Positions 32,255 to 43,405 of a stretch of DNA of 64,000 nt are shown here, piece after piece. Source of the DNA: Gammaproteobacteria bacterium (GTDB taxonomy: Bacteria; Pseudomonadota; Gammaproteobacteria; Eutrophobiales; Eutrophobiaceae); assembly GCA_965238225.1 (NCBI GenBank), contig OZ250183.1, positions 352,001 through 416,000 on the forward strand, given 5' to 3'. The notes under the pieces were generated by a model that saw only the letters and a list, made by a program, of their open reading frames with translations, was not told the DNA's origin and did no database searches. Within the stretch, counting starts at the first letter, position 1; every line of letters begins with the position of its first letter. The translations under genes and the position numbers were made by a program.

Positions 32255-32962
32255 TTATTTATTATTCTTTAGACCTTTTTCCATTCCGTCTATTTGCTCT
32301 TGAATATCATGTAACTTATCTAAAACACCATCAATAGCGTTGGAAACTGGATCTGGCATGTCTGCGGCAGCATAGGCATCAAAGTCAATATTCTCCACAA
32401 GCTCACGTTTGGTTTTTCTTTTATTGCTTGTGACGATGTGCCCAGGAATACCAACGACTGTAGATGCTATTGGCACATTCTTAACGACGACTGAATTGGA
32501 ACCAATATGCGATCCTTTTCCAATCGTAATTGGTCCCAGTATTTTTGCACCAGCACCAACGATAACATCATCTTCTAAAGTTGGATGGCGTTTGCCTTTG
32601 TTCCATGTAGTGCCGCCGAGCGTAACGCCATGATAGATCGAACAGTTGTTTCCGATTTCTGCGGTTTCACCAATGACAATTCCCATGCCGTGATCAATGA
32701 AAAAACGTTGACCGATAGTTACACTAGGGTGAATTTCGATGCCGGTTAAAAAACGAGAAAAATATGCCGATACACGGGCAAGTAAATAAAGTTTATTTTT
32801 CCAAAACCAGTGATTTAAACGATGCATTAATATCGCATGCAAACCTGGGCTGGTCGCCAAGGTTTCTATGACCGTGCGCGCAGCCGGGTCGCGTTCAGAA
32901 ACAACCTTGATATCTTCTTTTATTGTATGAAACATATTCTTAATATGTCGGGCTAGTTTCAC
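32255..32962 (-). CDS. cysE: Serine O-acetyltransferase
   Basis: RDPAAR, TGIEIHP, FIDHGMG, GVTLGG, KRHPT; GTGA overlap with valS stop. Confidence 0.95.
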   Translation of the reverse strand: MKLARHIKNMFHTIKEDIKVVSERDPAARTVIETLATSPGLHAILMHRLNHWFWKNKLYLLARVSAYFSRFLTGIEIHPSVTIGQRFFIDHGMGIVIGETAEIGNNCSIYHGVTLGGTTWNKGKRHPTLEDDVIVGAGAKILGPITIGKGSHIGSNSVVVKNVPIASTVVGIPGHIVTSNKRKTKRELVENIDFDAYAAADMPDPVSNAIDGVLDKLHDIQEQIDGMEKGLKNNK

Positions 32963-35802
32963 TGGTTTAATTTATGAGTGCGTTGATATTGTTCTGTTAG
33001 CTTTTTCAAAGCGAGATTATTTTCTTCCAGTCGTTTGCGTTCTTTTTCAACGATATCCTGTGGTGCACGATTAATGAAGTTTTCATTCTTCAGCTTTTTG
33101 GCAATGCTGTCGCTATTTTTTTGCAATTTTTCCAGATCTTTTTCCAATCTGGCAAGTTCTGCCTGCGGATCTATTAAATTAGCCAAAGGCACTAATAAGG
33201 TCATCTGGCCTGCCAGCGAAATTACTACATCATCGGGCACTTCGTCAATTGTTGTGATGGATTCAACGCGCCCGATTTCTTTCATATAAAGTGTATTTTG
33301 GTTCAACCATGCCTGCTCTTCCTGTGAACCGCCCTTGACTTTGACCGCCAATGATTTGCGTGGGTCAATGTCTCGCTCAGAACGAATGCGCCGCACACCA
33401 GTGATAAATAATTTTATCCATTCAAGTTCATGTTCAGCATCTTTATCAATTTTCACTTCATCAGGTTCAGGGTATGGCTGAAGCATAATGGTGTCACCCG
33501 ATTTACCAGCCAAAGGCGCAATACGTTGCCAGCATTCTTCAGTGATAAATGGAATGATGGGATGGTTCAATCTAAGTATCTCCTCCAGTACGCATGCTAG
33601 TGTTTGACGGGTGCCTCGCTGGGTTTGTTTAGATGTGTTTTTGTCAAACAATACGGGCTTAGATAATTCCAGATACCAGTCACAGTAGTCTTCCCAAACA
33701 AACGTATATAATTCATGTGCCAGTAAATCAAAACGCGAGGCCTCAATATGTTTTTTGGCTCGGTCTTTAAGGTGTTGAAGTTTTGAAATAATCCAACGGT
33801 CAGCCAGAGATAGTTTAATATCATCATTATTGATACCGGTATCCTTATCTTGCGTTTGCATTAGTACATAGCGTGTTGCATTCCATAATTTATTACAGAA
33901 GTTGCGATAACCTTCAATACGACTGATACTAAAAACAATATCTCGTCCAGTAGTAGCAAGAGATGCCAAGGTAAAACGCAGTGCATCACAGCCAAAAGCT
34001 GGAATACCTGCAGAGAAATTTTCCCTAGTGATTTTCTCAATACGTTCGACCATGTGTTGTTGCATTACATCTTGAGTACGTTTGTTAACCAGTGTTTCGA
34101 GGTCAGTACCATCGATTATATCAATCGGATCAAGGATATTGCCTTTGGATTTAGACATTTTCTGACCTTCAGAGTCACGTACTAACCCATGCACATAGAC
34201 TTCGCGAAATGGGACATCGCCTATAAATTTGATACCCATCATAATCATGCGCGCAACCCAGAAGAAAATAATGTCAAAGCCTGTCACCAATACGGTGCTT
34301 GGGTAGTATTTCTCTAGTTCTGGTGTTTTTTTCGGCCAACCTAATGTTGAAAATGGCCACAAGGCAGAAGAGAACCAAGTATCAAGCACATCTTCATCCT
34401 GAGTTAATAAAAAATCGTCTGGCAATTTGTGTTTCTTTCTAACATCATCAATATCATAACCAACATAAACATTGCCGATCTCGTCATACCATGCGGGGAT
34501 TCGATGTCCCCACCAGATTTGTCGGGAGATACACCAGTCTTCAATATTATTCATCCAGTCAAAATAGGTATTTTTCCAATTATCCGGAGTAAATTTAATT
34601 GCACCATTTTTAACTGCTGCAATTGCCGGTTTTGCCAAAGGCGCGACTTTTACGTACCACTGGGGTGTGAGATACGGTTCAATGATGCTCCCTGAGCGAT
34701 CACCACGTGGCACCATCAGTTTGTGGCTATCTATTTTTTCAATTAAATCGGCTGCTTCAAGGTCAGCAACAATTTGTTTACGAGCTTCGAAGCGATCCAG
34801 ACCTATGTATTTTTCAGGGACAATGTTGTGTATATCTTCGCTGTTATCACGAATCTCGGCATTGTGTGTAAAAATATTGATTAAACCACCGTTCGGAAGC
34901 TCATGAATGTCTGTTATATTCTTATGGCGATTCCAAACTTGATAATCGTTGAAATCATGCGCTGGTGTTATTTTTACACAGCCAGTACCGAATTCTGGAT
35001 CTACATGTTCATCCGCAATCACTGGTATTTTGCGACCAGTTAATGGCAGCTCTAGAAATTCACCAAGCAGGGATGAATAACGATCATCTGTAGGATGAAT
35101 GGCAACCGCGCAGTCACCTAGCAGGGTTTCAGGTCGGGTAGTTGCCACCACAATATGTCCAGTACCATCACTGCGTGGGTAGCGCATATGCCACATATGC
35201 CCGTTTTCTTCTTTGGATAAAACTTCTAAATCAGAAACTGCAGTATGTAAAACAGGATCCCAGTTTACCAGACGTTTGCCGCGATAGATTAAGCCCTCAT
35301 CATGGAGACGTACGAATACTTCGTTTACTGCAGTCGATAGCCCTGCATCCATGGTAAAGCATTCACGCGACCAGTCCAGCGACGTACCCATGCGACGTAA
35401 CTGCTGGGTGATAGTGTTGCCGGATTCTTCTTTCCATTGCCAGACACGTTCAATAAATTTTTCGCGACCGCAATCGTGGTGAGTTTTACCTTCTAAGTTA
35501 AGCAGTTGCTCCACTACCATTTGCGTTGCAATGCCAGCATGATCAGTACCTGCTTGCCATAGACTGTTTTTACCTTTCATGCGGTAGTAGCGGGTCATCG
35601 CATCCATGATGGTGTCCTGAAAAGCATGTCCCATATGTAAACGACCAGTGATATTTGGCGGTGGTAGCATGACGCAGAAGTTTCCACGATCCTTGTCATT
35701 GTGTGAATCATCAGGGTGTTTATCTATATTAAAATAACCGTTTTCTTCCCAGAATTGGTACCATCTGGTTTCTATAGATTGCGGGTTGTAGGTTTTTTCC
35801 AT
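32959..35802 (-). CDS. valS: Valine--tRNA ligase
   Basis: [36 protein letters not shown]. Confidence 0.98.
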   Translation of the reverse strand: MEKTYNPQSIETRWYQFWEENGYFNIDKHPDDSHNDKDRGNFCVMLPPPNITGRLHMGHAFQDTIMDAMTRYYRMKGKNSLWQAGTDHAGIATQMVVEQLLNLEGKTHHDCGREKFIERVWQWKEESGNTITQQLRRMGTSLDWSRECFTMDAGLSTAVNEVFVRLHDEGLIYRGKRLVNWDPVLHTAVSDLEVLSKEENGHMWHMRYPRSDGTGHIVVATTRPETLLGDCAVAIHPTDDRYSSLLGEFLELPLTGRKIPVIADEHVDPEFGTGCVKITPAHDFNDYQVWNRHKNITDIHELPNGGLINIFTHNAEIRDNSEDIHNIVPEKYIGLDRFEARKQIVADLEAADLIEKIDSHKLMVPRGDRSGSIIEPYLTPQWYVKVAPLAKPAIAAVKNGAIKFTPDNWKNTYFDWMNNIEDWCISRQIWWGHRIPAWYDEIGNVYVGYDIDDVRKKHKLPDDFLLTQDEDVLDTWFSSALWPFSTLGWPKKTPELEKYYPSTVLVTGFDIIFFWVARMIMMGIKFIGDVPFREVYVHGLVRDSEGQKMSKSKGNILDPIDIIDGTDLETLVNKRTQDVMQQHMVERIEKITRENFSAGIPAFGCDALRFTLASLATTGRDIVFSISRIEGYRNFCNKLWNATRYVLMQTQDKDTGINNDDIKLSLADRWIISKLQHLKDRAKKHIEASRFDLLAHELYTFVWEDYCDWYLELSKPVLFDKNTSKQTQRGTRQTLACVLEEILRLNHPIIPFITEECWQRIAPLAGKSGDTIMLQPYPEPDEVKIDKDAEHELEWIKLFITGVRRIRSERDIDPRKSLAVKVKGGSQEEQAWLNQNTLYMKEIGRVESITTIDEVPDDVVISLAGQMTLLVPLANLIDPQAELARLEKDLEKLQKNSDSIAKKLKNENFINRAPQDIVEKERKRLEENNLALKKLTEQYQRTHKLNQ

Positions 35803-35958
35803 TTTTTATTTGATTCTGTTGTGATCTATAGAAATTATTCTCTCTCGTTTTATGCTTGCCATGAAAGACGAGAATTATGCCCTGTTTGATAGAGAAATAA
35901 AGGCATTGCGATGTGATTTCAATCAATTTTAATAATGCAGTTCTTGCTACTTAAAGAA

Positions 35959-36381
35959 TTATTTTGGGGTCTTATCCAAGAGGTTTATTTCAGAGGCAGA
36001 CCCTAGTTTTATTTGAGCTGCCTCTTTTTTTAAATCCTCTTTTAGTTCATTAATAATGCTGTTCTTAATCGTGTTTTTAAAGATATCTACAAGGGAATCA
36101 AGTTCACTCAATAGTTTTCGATCAACTGTATCCACCAGCTCATTCAATCTTTCAAAGTGAATATCTTCATTGTTATTAATTGTGATTTTTGGCGTTACAG
36201 GTGATTTGCCTTTGGTATATTTTTCTACTTCGTCAGGGTTTACTATGTCATTTAGCACCGGTGTACCTTTATGAGATTTTGACAGGATCTCGGTCTTTGT
36301 GATTAGACTCTCTAATTCGCCAATAGATTCGCCGATGTTAGTTTTGGTGTTGTTTGTATTATTTTGTTTATCTTCAGCCAT
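35959..36381 (-). CDS. Hypothetical protein between holC and valS
   Basis: About 140 aa, acidic/helical, with P.L.D.V motif; co-oriented in the pepA-holC-valS run. Confidence 0.65.
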   Translation of the reverse strand: MAEDKQNNTNNTKTNIGESIGELESLITKTEILSKSHKGTPVLNDIVNPDEVEKYTKGKSPVTPKITINNNEDIHFERLNELVDTVDRKLLSELDSLVDIFKNTIKNSIINELKEDLKKEAAQIKLGSASEINLLDKTPK

Positions 36382-36383
36382 TA

Positions 36384-36827
36384 TCAAGATTCTATCTTGT
36401 GGTTACTTAATTCGTATCCTTTACCACGATACTCAGCGTAACGTTTGCGAGCATGTTGTCGTTCGCTCTCGCTGCCTGCAACAATTTCTAATATCCTTTT
36501 TAATGTGTTTGTATTTCGTGGCATTTTATCAGTCAGGTTGAGCATGATTTCAGTATGATCCGGTATTTTATTATTTATCTCATTATCGTAATAGATAATG
36601 ATGGGAGAATTTTTAGCGGCATCATCCAAGGCAAGACAATGCGGGAGAAAACTGATGTCTTTAAATGTCCACAATAAATCATCTAATGTGGCAGCCTCAT
36701 CTTTTGTGCGCGTCTTCACAAAAATATTATTTCCCTGTTTCCATGCCTTCTGGATCAGGGCACAGGCAAAATGTTGTTTCTCTGTATTTTCAGGGAGTAT
36801 ATAAAAATCTACCGTAGGAATATCCAC
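36384..36827 (-). CDS. holC: DNA polymerase III subunit chi
   Basis: VDFYIL, LDDLLWTF...SFLPH, ARKRYAEYR. Confidence 0.93.
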   Translation of the reverse strand: MDIPTVDFYILPENTEKQHFACALIQKAWKQGNNIFVKTRTKDEAATLDDLLWTFKDISFLPHCLALDDAAKNSPIIIYYDNEINNKIPDHTEIMLNLTDKMPRNTNTLKRILEIVAGSESERQHARKRYAEYRGKGYELSNHKIES

Positions 36828-36847
36828 CTGAGCTATTTCGCTAAACT

Positions 36848-38341
36848 TTATTTATTACATCGATCAATTAAATATTGCACCAGCATCGGAACAGGCCTGC
36901 CTGTAGCACCTTTATCCTTTCCAGATAGCCAGGCTGTGCCGGCAATATCAATATGCGCCCATTTGAATTTTTTAGTAAATCGCGAGAGAAAACAGGCAGC
37001 AGTAATGGTACCAGCTTCTCGACCACCAACATTGGCAATATCTGCAAATGGACTATCGATCTGGTTTTGATATTCTTCCCAAAGGGGTAAACGCCAAGTA
37101 CGGTCTCCGGTATTCTCTCCAGCATCAAGAATATCTTCAGCCAAAGGGTCATGATTGCTGAACAAAGCTGAGGCATGTTTTCCCAGCGCAATGACACAGG
37201 CACCTGTCAGTGTTGCGATATCAATGACGGTTGCAGGATTAAATTTTTCACTATAGGTCAGTGCATCACAGAGGATTAGACGACCTTCTGCGTCTGTATT
37301 TAGGATTTCTATGGTTTGTCCAGACATGCTGGTATAAATATCACCTGGCCTAGTTGCTTCACCACCTGGCATGTTCTCAACCGTGGGTACAACACCGACG
37401 ACATTGATGGGCAGACCCATCTCAGAAACCGCCTTAATTGCACCAAAGACACTGGCCGCGCCACACATGTCGTATTTCATTTCATCCATGGCGGCGGATG
37501 GTTTGATTGAAATGCCGCCTGTGTCAAAGGTGACACCTTTACCAACCAACACAAAGGGCTTTTCAGTTTTTTTAGCACCTTTATATTCCATACTGATAAG
37601 TTTTGCAGGTTGGCGACTGCCTTGAGAGACAGACAGCAATGAACCCATACCAAGTTTCTTCATAGCAGCTTCGCTAAGTACGGTTACCTTGACTGACTTT
37701 TGTGATTTACCAAGTTTTTTTGCCTGATTTGCTAGATAAGAAGGTGTGCAGATATTAGGAGGCAAATTGGCAAGGTCGCGAGCGAGCGTTACACCATGAG
37801 AAATAGCAATTCCATCTAATACCGCACGTTTAGCCGTGACTACATATTTACGATGAGAGACAATCAACTCAAATTTTTTGAGTTTATTTTTTGTTCGCTT
37901 GTTTTTGCTTTTTAGTCGGTTAAATTTGTATAAAGTGCTTTGACTTATTTCAACAAATTGTCTTAATTTCCAGTAATTATCTCTATTTTTGACGTTTAAC
38001 TCTGAGAGATAAGAGACTGCTTCTGTAGCGCCAGTTAGCTTCAATGCATTAATCGCACTGATGACGATTTGACGATAATGGCTTTCATGTAGTTCCTTTT
38101 CTTTGCCACAACCTATAAGTAAAAGCCTGTCTGATAAGATCTTTGGAACATTATGCAATAAAAGTGATTGGCCTATCCTTCCATTCATGTCTCCACGCTT
38201 TAAGATATTTGAAAGATATTTTTTACTTACAGCATCAATAGCCGCACCTGCCTTTGAAAGGCAATTTGATTCAAAGACACCAATAACAACACAGGCTGCA
38301 CGTTGTTTTTCTGGAGCGCTGGTTTTGATTGTGAAGTCCAT
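36848..38341 (-). CDS. pepA: Leucyl aminopeptidase
   Basis: GKGVTFDTGG, MKYDMCG, NTDAEGRL, ATLTGA. Confidence 0.97.
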   Translation of the reverse strand: MDFTIKTSAPEKQRAACVVIGVFESNCLSKAGAAIDAVSKKYLSNILKRGDMNGRIGQSLLLHNVPKILSDRLLLIGCGKEKELHESHYRQIVISAINALKLTGATEAVSYLSELNVKNRDNYWKLRQFVEISQSTLYKFNRLKSKNKRTKNKLKKFELIVSHRKYVVTAKRAVLDGIAISHGVTLARDLANLPPNICTPSYLANQAKKLGKSQKSVKVTVLSEAAMKKLGMGSLLSVSQGSRQPAKLISMEYKGAKKTEKPFVLVGKGVTFDTGGISIKPSAAMDEMKYDMCGAASVFGAIKAVSEMGLPINVVGVVPTVENMPGGEATRPGDIYTSMSGQTIEILNTDAEGRLILCDALTYSEKFNPATVIDIATLTGACVIALGKHASALFSNHDPLAEDILDAGENTGDRTWRLPLWEEYQNQIDSPFADIANVGGREAGTITAACFLSRFTKKFKWAHIDIAGTAWLSGKDKGATGRPVPMLVQYLIDRCNK

Positions 38342-38523
38342 AAATTCCTCTTGTGTGTAAGTTATTGTTTCTGTTGGCTTAATTGATTAAATGCTTGTTG
38401 ACTCAGTATGCTAGTATTGACTTTTACATTTGCCAACTTGTCTGGTTGTCAGTTTGCCCATTATATGCCAATGAACGTAAAAACGCTTAGATATTCCAAA
38501 ACCACGCTCATGGGGCATGAATA

Positions 38524-39630
38524 TTGATTATCAGAAAATATATCCATAAAGAAATTGTGCAGCGGGCTTTGTGGGTGTTGGGACTGCTGTTTTTGATCTA
38601 TTCAAGCGATAAATTTGTTGATTATTTGGCTGCTGCTGCTGGTGGTGAAATTTCCGCTTCCCTAGTCTTTGATTTGCTCTGGTTGAAGCTGGTTTCAGTG
38701 TTGCCAGAATTACTGCCACCTGCCATCTTTCTTGCTGTAATTCTTACCTATTCTCGACTGGTTAGTGATAATGAAATGGTGATTTTATTATCTTCCGGAA
38801 TGAGTAGATTTGCGCAATTGAGGATAGTGTTTTCACTTGTTGTCCCTGTTTGTATTTTTGTTGCGGGTATATCGTTTTTTGTTGCGCCATGGGCAGAAGT
38901 AAGACTGCAAGAGCTAAAAAATCAAGCCATACAAGAAGCCAATATTACCGGGATTGTTGCAGGACAATTCAAAGAATCTAGCAAGGGAGACCGAGTTGTT
39001 TATGTTGAGTCTCTCTCTAATGATAAGACAACTATGAAAAATATTTTTTTGCAGACAAGGCAGCATGGAAAGCTTGGCATACTCACATCAGATAAAGCCA
39101 TTTTAGAATTGGATAAAGAAAGCGGGCATCGCTATATCAAATTCGAAAATGGTCGTCATTATGTCGGGGTACCTGGTGAGACTGATTATAAAATAACAGA
39201 ATATAAGACCTATACGATATTAATAGAGTCTATTGATGCACCATCAAAGCTTAGCAATAGACTAGAGTCTCTACCAACGACTACCTTGTTATTTTCAGAT
39301 GTTTCCAGATACAAAGCAGAATTACAGTGGAGAGTTTCTGCAGTTTTTTCATCTCTGTTGCTATCATTACTTGCAGTATTACTAAGCCAATTACCCATAG
39401 GCGCACAACGTTATATCTTGATACTTATTTCGATGTTGACTTATTTTATTTATAGCAGTTTTCTGGGTGTTTCCAAATCATTATTAGAACGCGATAAGAT
39501 TCCTGCAATCATAGGTTTATGGTGGGTTCATATCTTATTAATCATTATCATGCTGCTCCTTTATTTTTTGCCTCAAATAAAACACCGACTAAGGCGAAGT
39601 AATGACCTGCAGGTATTACAGAATAGCTAA
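38524..39630 (+). CDS. lptF: LPS export ABC permease LptF
   Basis: MII.KY, RL..DNEM, AELQWR, GLWWVH; divergent from pepA. Confidence 0.92.
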   Translation: MIIRKYIHKEIVQRALWVLGLLFLIYSSDKFVDYLAAAAGGEISASLVFDLLWLKLVSVLPELLPPAIFLAVILTYSRLVSDNEMVILLSSGMSRFAQLRIVFSLVVPVCIFVAGISFFVAPWAEVRLQELKNQAIQEANITGIVAGQFKESSKGDRVVYVESLSNDKTTMKNIFLQTRQHGKLGILTSDKAILELDKESGHRYIKFENGRHYVGVPGETDYKITEYKTYTILIESIDAPSKLSNRLESLPTTTLLFSDVSRYKAELQWRVSAVFSSLLLSLLAVLLSQLPIGAQRYILILISMLTYFIYSSFLGVSKSLLERDKIPAIIGLWWVHILLIIIMLLLYFLPQIKHRLRRSNDLQVLQNS

Positions 39631-40694
39631 TGAAAATACTTGATCGCTATATTGCATTGACTTTGATTAGAGTAACCTTGTTGGTGTTGTTTTCTTTGGT
39701 ACTTCTATTTTCTGTTTCTGCGCTGGTTGCTCAGCTGGATGCAACGGGTCGGGGGAATTACGGCGTTTGGCAGGCATTCGTTTATGTGTTTTTGACAATG
39801 CCCAGATTGTCTTTTGAGTTATTTCCCATTGCTACTGCAATAGGCAGCATGGCGACACTCGGAATGTTTGTTAAAAGCAGCGAGCTGGTAGTGATTGAAA
39901 TATCAGGTATTTCACAGCTAAGGTTTGCCGGTGCATTATGTAAAGGCGCTGTAGTTCTTATTTTTATCTCCTTGTTCATCGGTGAGATTATTTCTCCTTA
40001 TACCGAGGAAACTGCTAAATATATACGCTCTTTAGCTTTGTCAGAACAGCCTATTTTAAAAACAAAATACGGATTTTGGTCTAAAGACGGTCAGAGTTTT
40101 ATTAACATTCGCAATATTTTGCCCGGCAACAAGGTCGACGGTATTTACATTTATGAATTTGATAATGACAATAAATTGCGTACCAGCACTTTTGCCAAAC
40201 GCGCTTGGTATAATGACGAACATTGGGTGCTTGAAGATATTAAGCAGACAGAGATTAACGATGAAGGTGTTAATGTTCATCAAATGAGTCGCGCTACATG
40301 GGAGGCGCTATTAAGTCCGGATATAATTAATCTGGTTATTATCAAACCTCAGTTTCTATCATTCATTGGTCTTTATGAGTACATCAGTTATTTGAAAATA
40401 AATGGCCGAAATAGTGTGATGTATGAGCAGGCGATTTGGTCAAAGATAATTAATCCATTGACTATTTTGGCGATGGTGCTTGTAGCTATTCCAATGGTTA
40501 AAAGTCATTCAAGAACGATAGCGATTGGACAACGTGTTTTTTTCGGGTGTCTGATTGGAATTATTTTTCATATCATTAATCAGATTGCCAGCTACATGGG
40601 GATCATCTATAATTTAAATCCCGCCTTGAGCGCCATGTCTCCAACCTTACTCATGTTGTGTGTGATCGCATGGCTTATGCAAAAGCCAACGTGA
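39630..40694 (+). CDS. lptG: LPS export ABC permease LptG
   Basis: MKILDRYI, SELVV...SG.S, GFWSKDG, LSF..LY.YI.YL. Confidence 0.92.
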   Translation: MKILDRYIALTLIRVTLLVLFSLVLLFSVSALVAQLDATGRGNYGVWQAFVYVFLTMPRLSFELFPIATAIGSMATLGMFVKSSELVVIEISGISQLRFAGALCKGAVVLIFISLFIGEIISPYTEETAKYIRSLALSEQPILKTKYGFWSKDGQSFINIRNILPGNKVDGIYIYEFDNDNKLRTSTFAKRAWYNDEHWVLEDIKQTEINDEGVNVHQMSRATWEALLSPDIINLVIIKPQFLSFIGLYEYISYLKINGRNSVMYEQAIWSKIINPLTILAMVLVAIPMVKSHSRTIAIGQRVFFGCLIGIIFHIINQIASYMGIIYNLNPALSAMSPTLLMLCVIAWLMQKPT

Positions 40695-40749
40695 AACTGA
40701 AACAAACTTAATTTTCGCATAATATCAAAGACAGAGTTGGTGAAAAACC

Positions 40750-40810
40750 CTCTAACTAATCACTACAGCAGACGGGCAAACTTGCCCGTTCTCTGAGTTT
40801 TGTGTTTTAC
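40750..40810 (+). mobile_element. Solo integron attC-like recombination site (61 bp)
   Basis: CTCTAAC-N5-ACT[A]CAG...ACGGGCAA-AC-TTGCCCGT...CTGAGT-N5-GTTTTAC: AAC/GTT ends, 5-nt unpaired spacers, extrahelical base in the L box, central hairpin. Confidence 0.6.
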
Positions 40811-41050
40811 TACGCGCCTCGCAATTTGTGTGACGTTAAGGTGTCAGTTTTAACAATTGTTACATCAGTAATGATGTTATGTTTCGCCTCATGTAATCTT
40901 AAAAATAAATCCATTAGAGGTATGTGAATATAATAGTTGGAGCGACTTGTTTTGTGTTTTTGCAGAAGACCTGCCTCAGTTAATTGATTAAGATATTTTG
41001 TTGCAGTGATACGTGACACTTGCAAATCTCTCTCAAGGTATTCAATCTTG
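40810..41050 (-). pseudogene. Fic family protein, C-terminal wHTH fragment
   Basis: KIEYLERDLQVSRITATKYLNQLTEAGLLQKHKTSRSNYY matches the C-terminus of SoFic-type Fic proteins; catalytic HPFxDGNGR region absent. Confidence 0.7.
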
Positions 41051-41052
41051 AT

Positions 41053-41144
41053 TTATCTATATGTGTCAATACAACATGTATATGAAATAGCATTATCTAT
41101 ACATCAAGACAGCTAATGTATAAAAATTATAAAAATCTATATAT
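41053..41144. repeat. 40-nt periodic palindromic boxes ATGTATA-N15-TATAYAT
   Basis: Copies at 41076-41104 and 41116-41144, plus a right half (ATCTATATGT) at 41055-41064; the ATCTATA unit recurs exactly every 40 nt. Confidence 0.6.
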
Positions 41145-41313
41145 ATTTGCCGCTATGCCCTTAGGCGCACTGTTTTTTTGGTGGGCGTAGTGATATTGAC
41201 CATAACCACCCCCTAAATTAGCATCTTAGGCTTCTGACTGTGGACGCAAAACTACTACAAATGACTAAATCGTGCGCTAGCAGCACATAAAGCTCTAATA
41301 CTTCTAGGCTTTG

Positions 41314-41389
41314 TGGTGCTCCCTACGAGACTCGAACTCGTGTTTCCGGCGTGAGAGGCCAGCGTCCTAGACCACTAGACGAAGGGAGC
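41314..41389 (-). tRNA. tRNA-Glu (anticodon CUC)
   Basis: GCTCCCTTCGTCTAGTGGTCTAGGACGCTGGC-CTCTCAC-GCCGGAAACACGAGTTCGAGTCTCGTAGGGAGCACCA; 76-nt cloverleaf with CCA. Confidence 0.95.
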
Positions 41390-41564
41390 AGGCGACCTCA
41401 ATCAATGTAAGGCACTGCGATAATATCAGGTGTAGGTGTTATTATATCGATAGTATGGATGATTAATTTGCACAAACATTTAAGATTACATAGAATTATT
41501 GCATAGTCTAAGGGCATATCTGCAAGGTATACTTTAAAGGCAATTCTCTAAGCTATTTCTATTT

Positions 41565-42875
41565 ATGGACTCACCTAAGCCGCAAACAGTCGTCACCAAC
41601 ATCGTTCGCAAACCAAAAATCATTCCTCGTTCAAAGCATGGCGTATCCCACTGTGATATTAGCAAAAATGCGCTGACAGTTTTGTATCGTTTGAAAAATG
41701 CGGGTTATCAGGCCTATCTGGTTGGCGGTGGTGTCAGGGATATTTTATTAGGACTAAGGCCTAAAGATTTTGATATCGCGACCGACGCGTATCCTGAGCA
41801 GGTCAGGGAATTATTTAGAAACTGTAGATTGATTGGGCGCAGGTTCAGACTCGCGCATGTCTATTTTGGCAAGGAAATTATAGAGGTTTCGACCTTTCGT
41901 GCGCCACACAATGATGCCTGTGATGGTGAAGGTCTTTCCGATGCCGGCAGAATCATTCGCGATAATGTTTATGGCAAGCTTGATGATGATGTCTGGCGAC
42001 GTGATTTTACGGTTAACGCGCTTTATTACAACATAGAAGACGATTCGATTGTTGATTATGTCGGTGGGTTTAAAGATATTAAAAACAGGCAGCTAAGATT
42101 AATTGGCATCCCCAAAGACCGTTATAGAGAAGACCCGGTGCGTATGCTAAGGGCGATACGATTTTCCATCAAACTTGGCTTTTCGATTCATCCTGTTTCC
42201 GAGCAACCGATTCGTGATTTGGCTCCTTTACTTGGAGGAATTCCCGAGGCACGTTTATTTGAGGAATTTTTGAAATTATTTATGGGTGGGCAATGCGCAA
42301 AGACCTACCAAAAACTGCGCGAATATAGTTTGTTTGCAATGTTATTTCCGCAAACGGAAGAATTCCTTAATCGGGGTGATGAATTTATTCACAAACTCCT
42401 TGCCTGCGCTTTCAGAAATACAGATGCGCGAATGATAGAAGATAAACCAGTAACACCTGCATTTCTGTTAGCAGTTTTATTATGGGTTCCTGTTAGAAGT
42501 CTTGCTAATAATCATAAAGGCAATGGTTTGTCAGAGATAGATGCCATTCATCTTGCCAGTGATGCGGTTATTTCACACCAGATAAGAAGTACTTCAATAT
42601 TACGACGCTTTACTCACATGATGCGGGATATGTGGTCGCTTCAAGTGCGTCTAAAAAATATTCGCGGTAAGCGCCCCTTAAGATTACTTGCACACCAACG
42701 TTTTCGCGCGGCCTACGATTTTCTACTATTACGTGCCGAGGCAGGAGAAGATGTACAGGAACTTGCAAGTTGGTGGCAAGCATTTCAAACAGAGCATATG
42801 GATATACAATTGGCAGCTAAAGAAGAACACCAAAAAAGGCGTCTTAAACACAGGAAAAAACGTTTTAAACAATAG
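41565..42875 (+). CDS. pcnB: Poly(A) polymerase I
   Basis: VGGGVRD, PKDFDIAT, LIGRRFRLAHV signature, RRDFTVNA, RFRAAYDFL. Confidence 0.96.
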   Translation: MDSPKPQTVVTNIVRKPKIIPRSKHGVSHCDISKNALTVLYRLKNAGYQAYLVGGGVRDILLGLRPKDFDIATDAYPEQVRELFRNCRLIGRRFRLAHVYFGKEIIEVSTFRAPHNDACDGEGLSDAGRIIRDNVYGKLDDDVWRRDFTVNALYYNIEDDSIVDYVGGFKDIKNRQLRLIGIPKDRYREDPVRMLRAIRFSIKLGFSIHPVSEQPIRDLAPLLGGIPEARLFEEFLKLFMGGQCAKTYQKLREYSLFAMLFPQTEEFLNRGDEFIHKLLACAFRNTDARMIEDKPVTPAFLLAVLLWVPVRSLANNHKGNGLSEIDAIHLASDAVISHQIRSTSILRRFTHMMRDMWSLQVRLKNIRGKRPLRLLAHQRFRAAYDFLLLRAEAGEDVQELASWWQAFQTEHMDIQLAAKEEHQKRRLKHRKKRFKQ

Positions 42876-42922
42876 CGTTAAGTAATATATATCAAAAGAA
42901 TGAAACTAGAGTTTTGTGAAAT

Positions 42923-43402
42923 ATGGTTAAAGCATACATAGGCTTAGGCAGCAATCTTAATGATCCGCAATCGCAACTAAAAAAAGCGATCATTTCAATG
43001 GAAATGATACCTTCATCTTCTGTGAAGAAAACATCTTTTTTTTACAAGAGTAAGCCTGTTGGTCTTCAGGATCAACCCGACTATATTAATGCTGTCGCCG
43101 CGCTTGATACAGAATTATCCGCATTAGTTTTGCTGGATTATTTACAAGCGATTGAAAATGATCAAGGGCGTGAAAGAAAGATAAAATGGGGCGCGAGGAC
43201 TTTGGATCTGGATATTCTGTTATTTGGTAATGAGATTATTAATGATGATCGTTTGCAAGTTCCTCATGTCGAAATGTACAAACGCAGGTTTGTGTTATTG
43301 CCACTGAATGAAATATTTTCTGACTGTATAATCCCTGGTGTGGGTGCAATTAGTAGCTTATTGCAGGAAAATAATATCGATGATCCAGTAAAATTGATTT
43401 AA
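42923..43402 (+). CDS. folK: HPPK (6-hydroxymethyl-7,8-dihydropterin pyrophosphokinase)
   Basis: YIGLGSNL, QPDYINAV, WGARTLDLDILL. Confidence 0.95.
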   Translation: MVKAYIGLGSNLNDPQSQLKKAIISMEMIPSSSVKKTSFFYKSKPVGLQDQPDYINAVAALDTELSALVLLDYLQAIENDQGRERKIKWGARTLDLDILLFGNEIINDDRLQVPHVEMYKRRFVLLPLNEIFSDCIIPGVGAISSLLQENNIDDPVKLI

Positions 43403-43405
43403 GAA

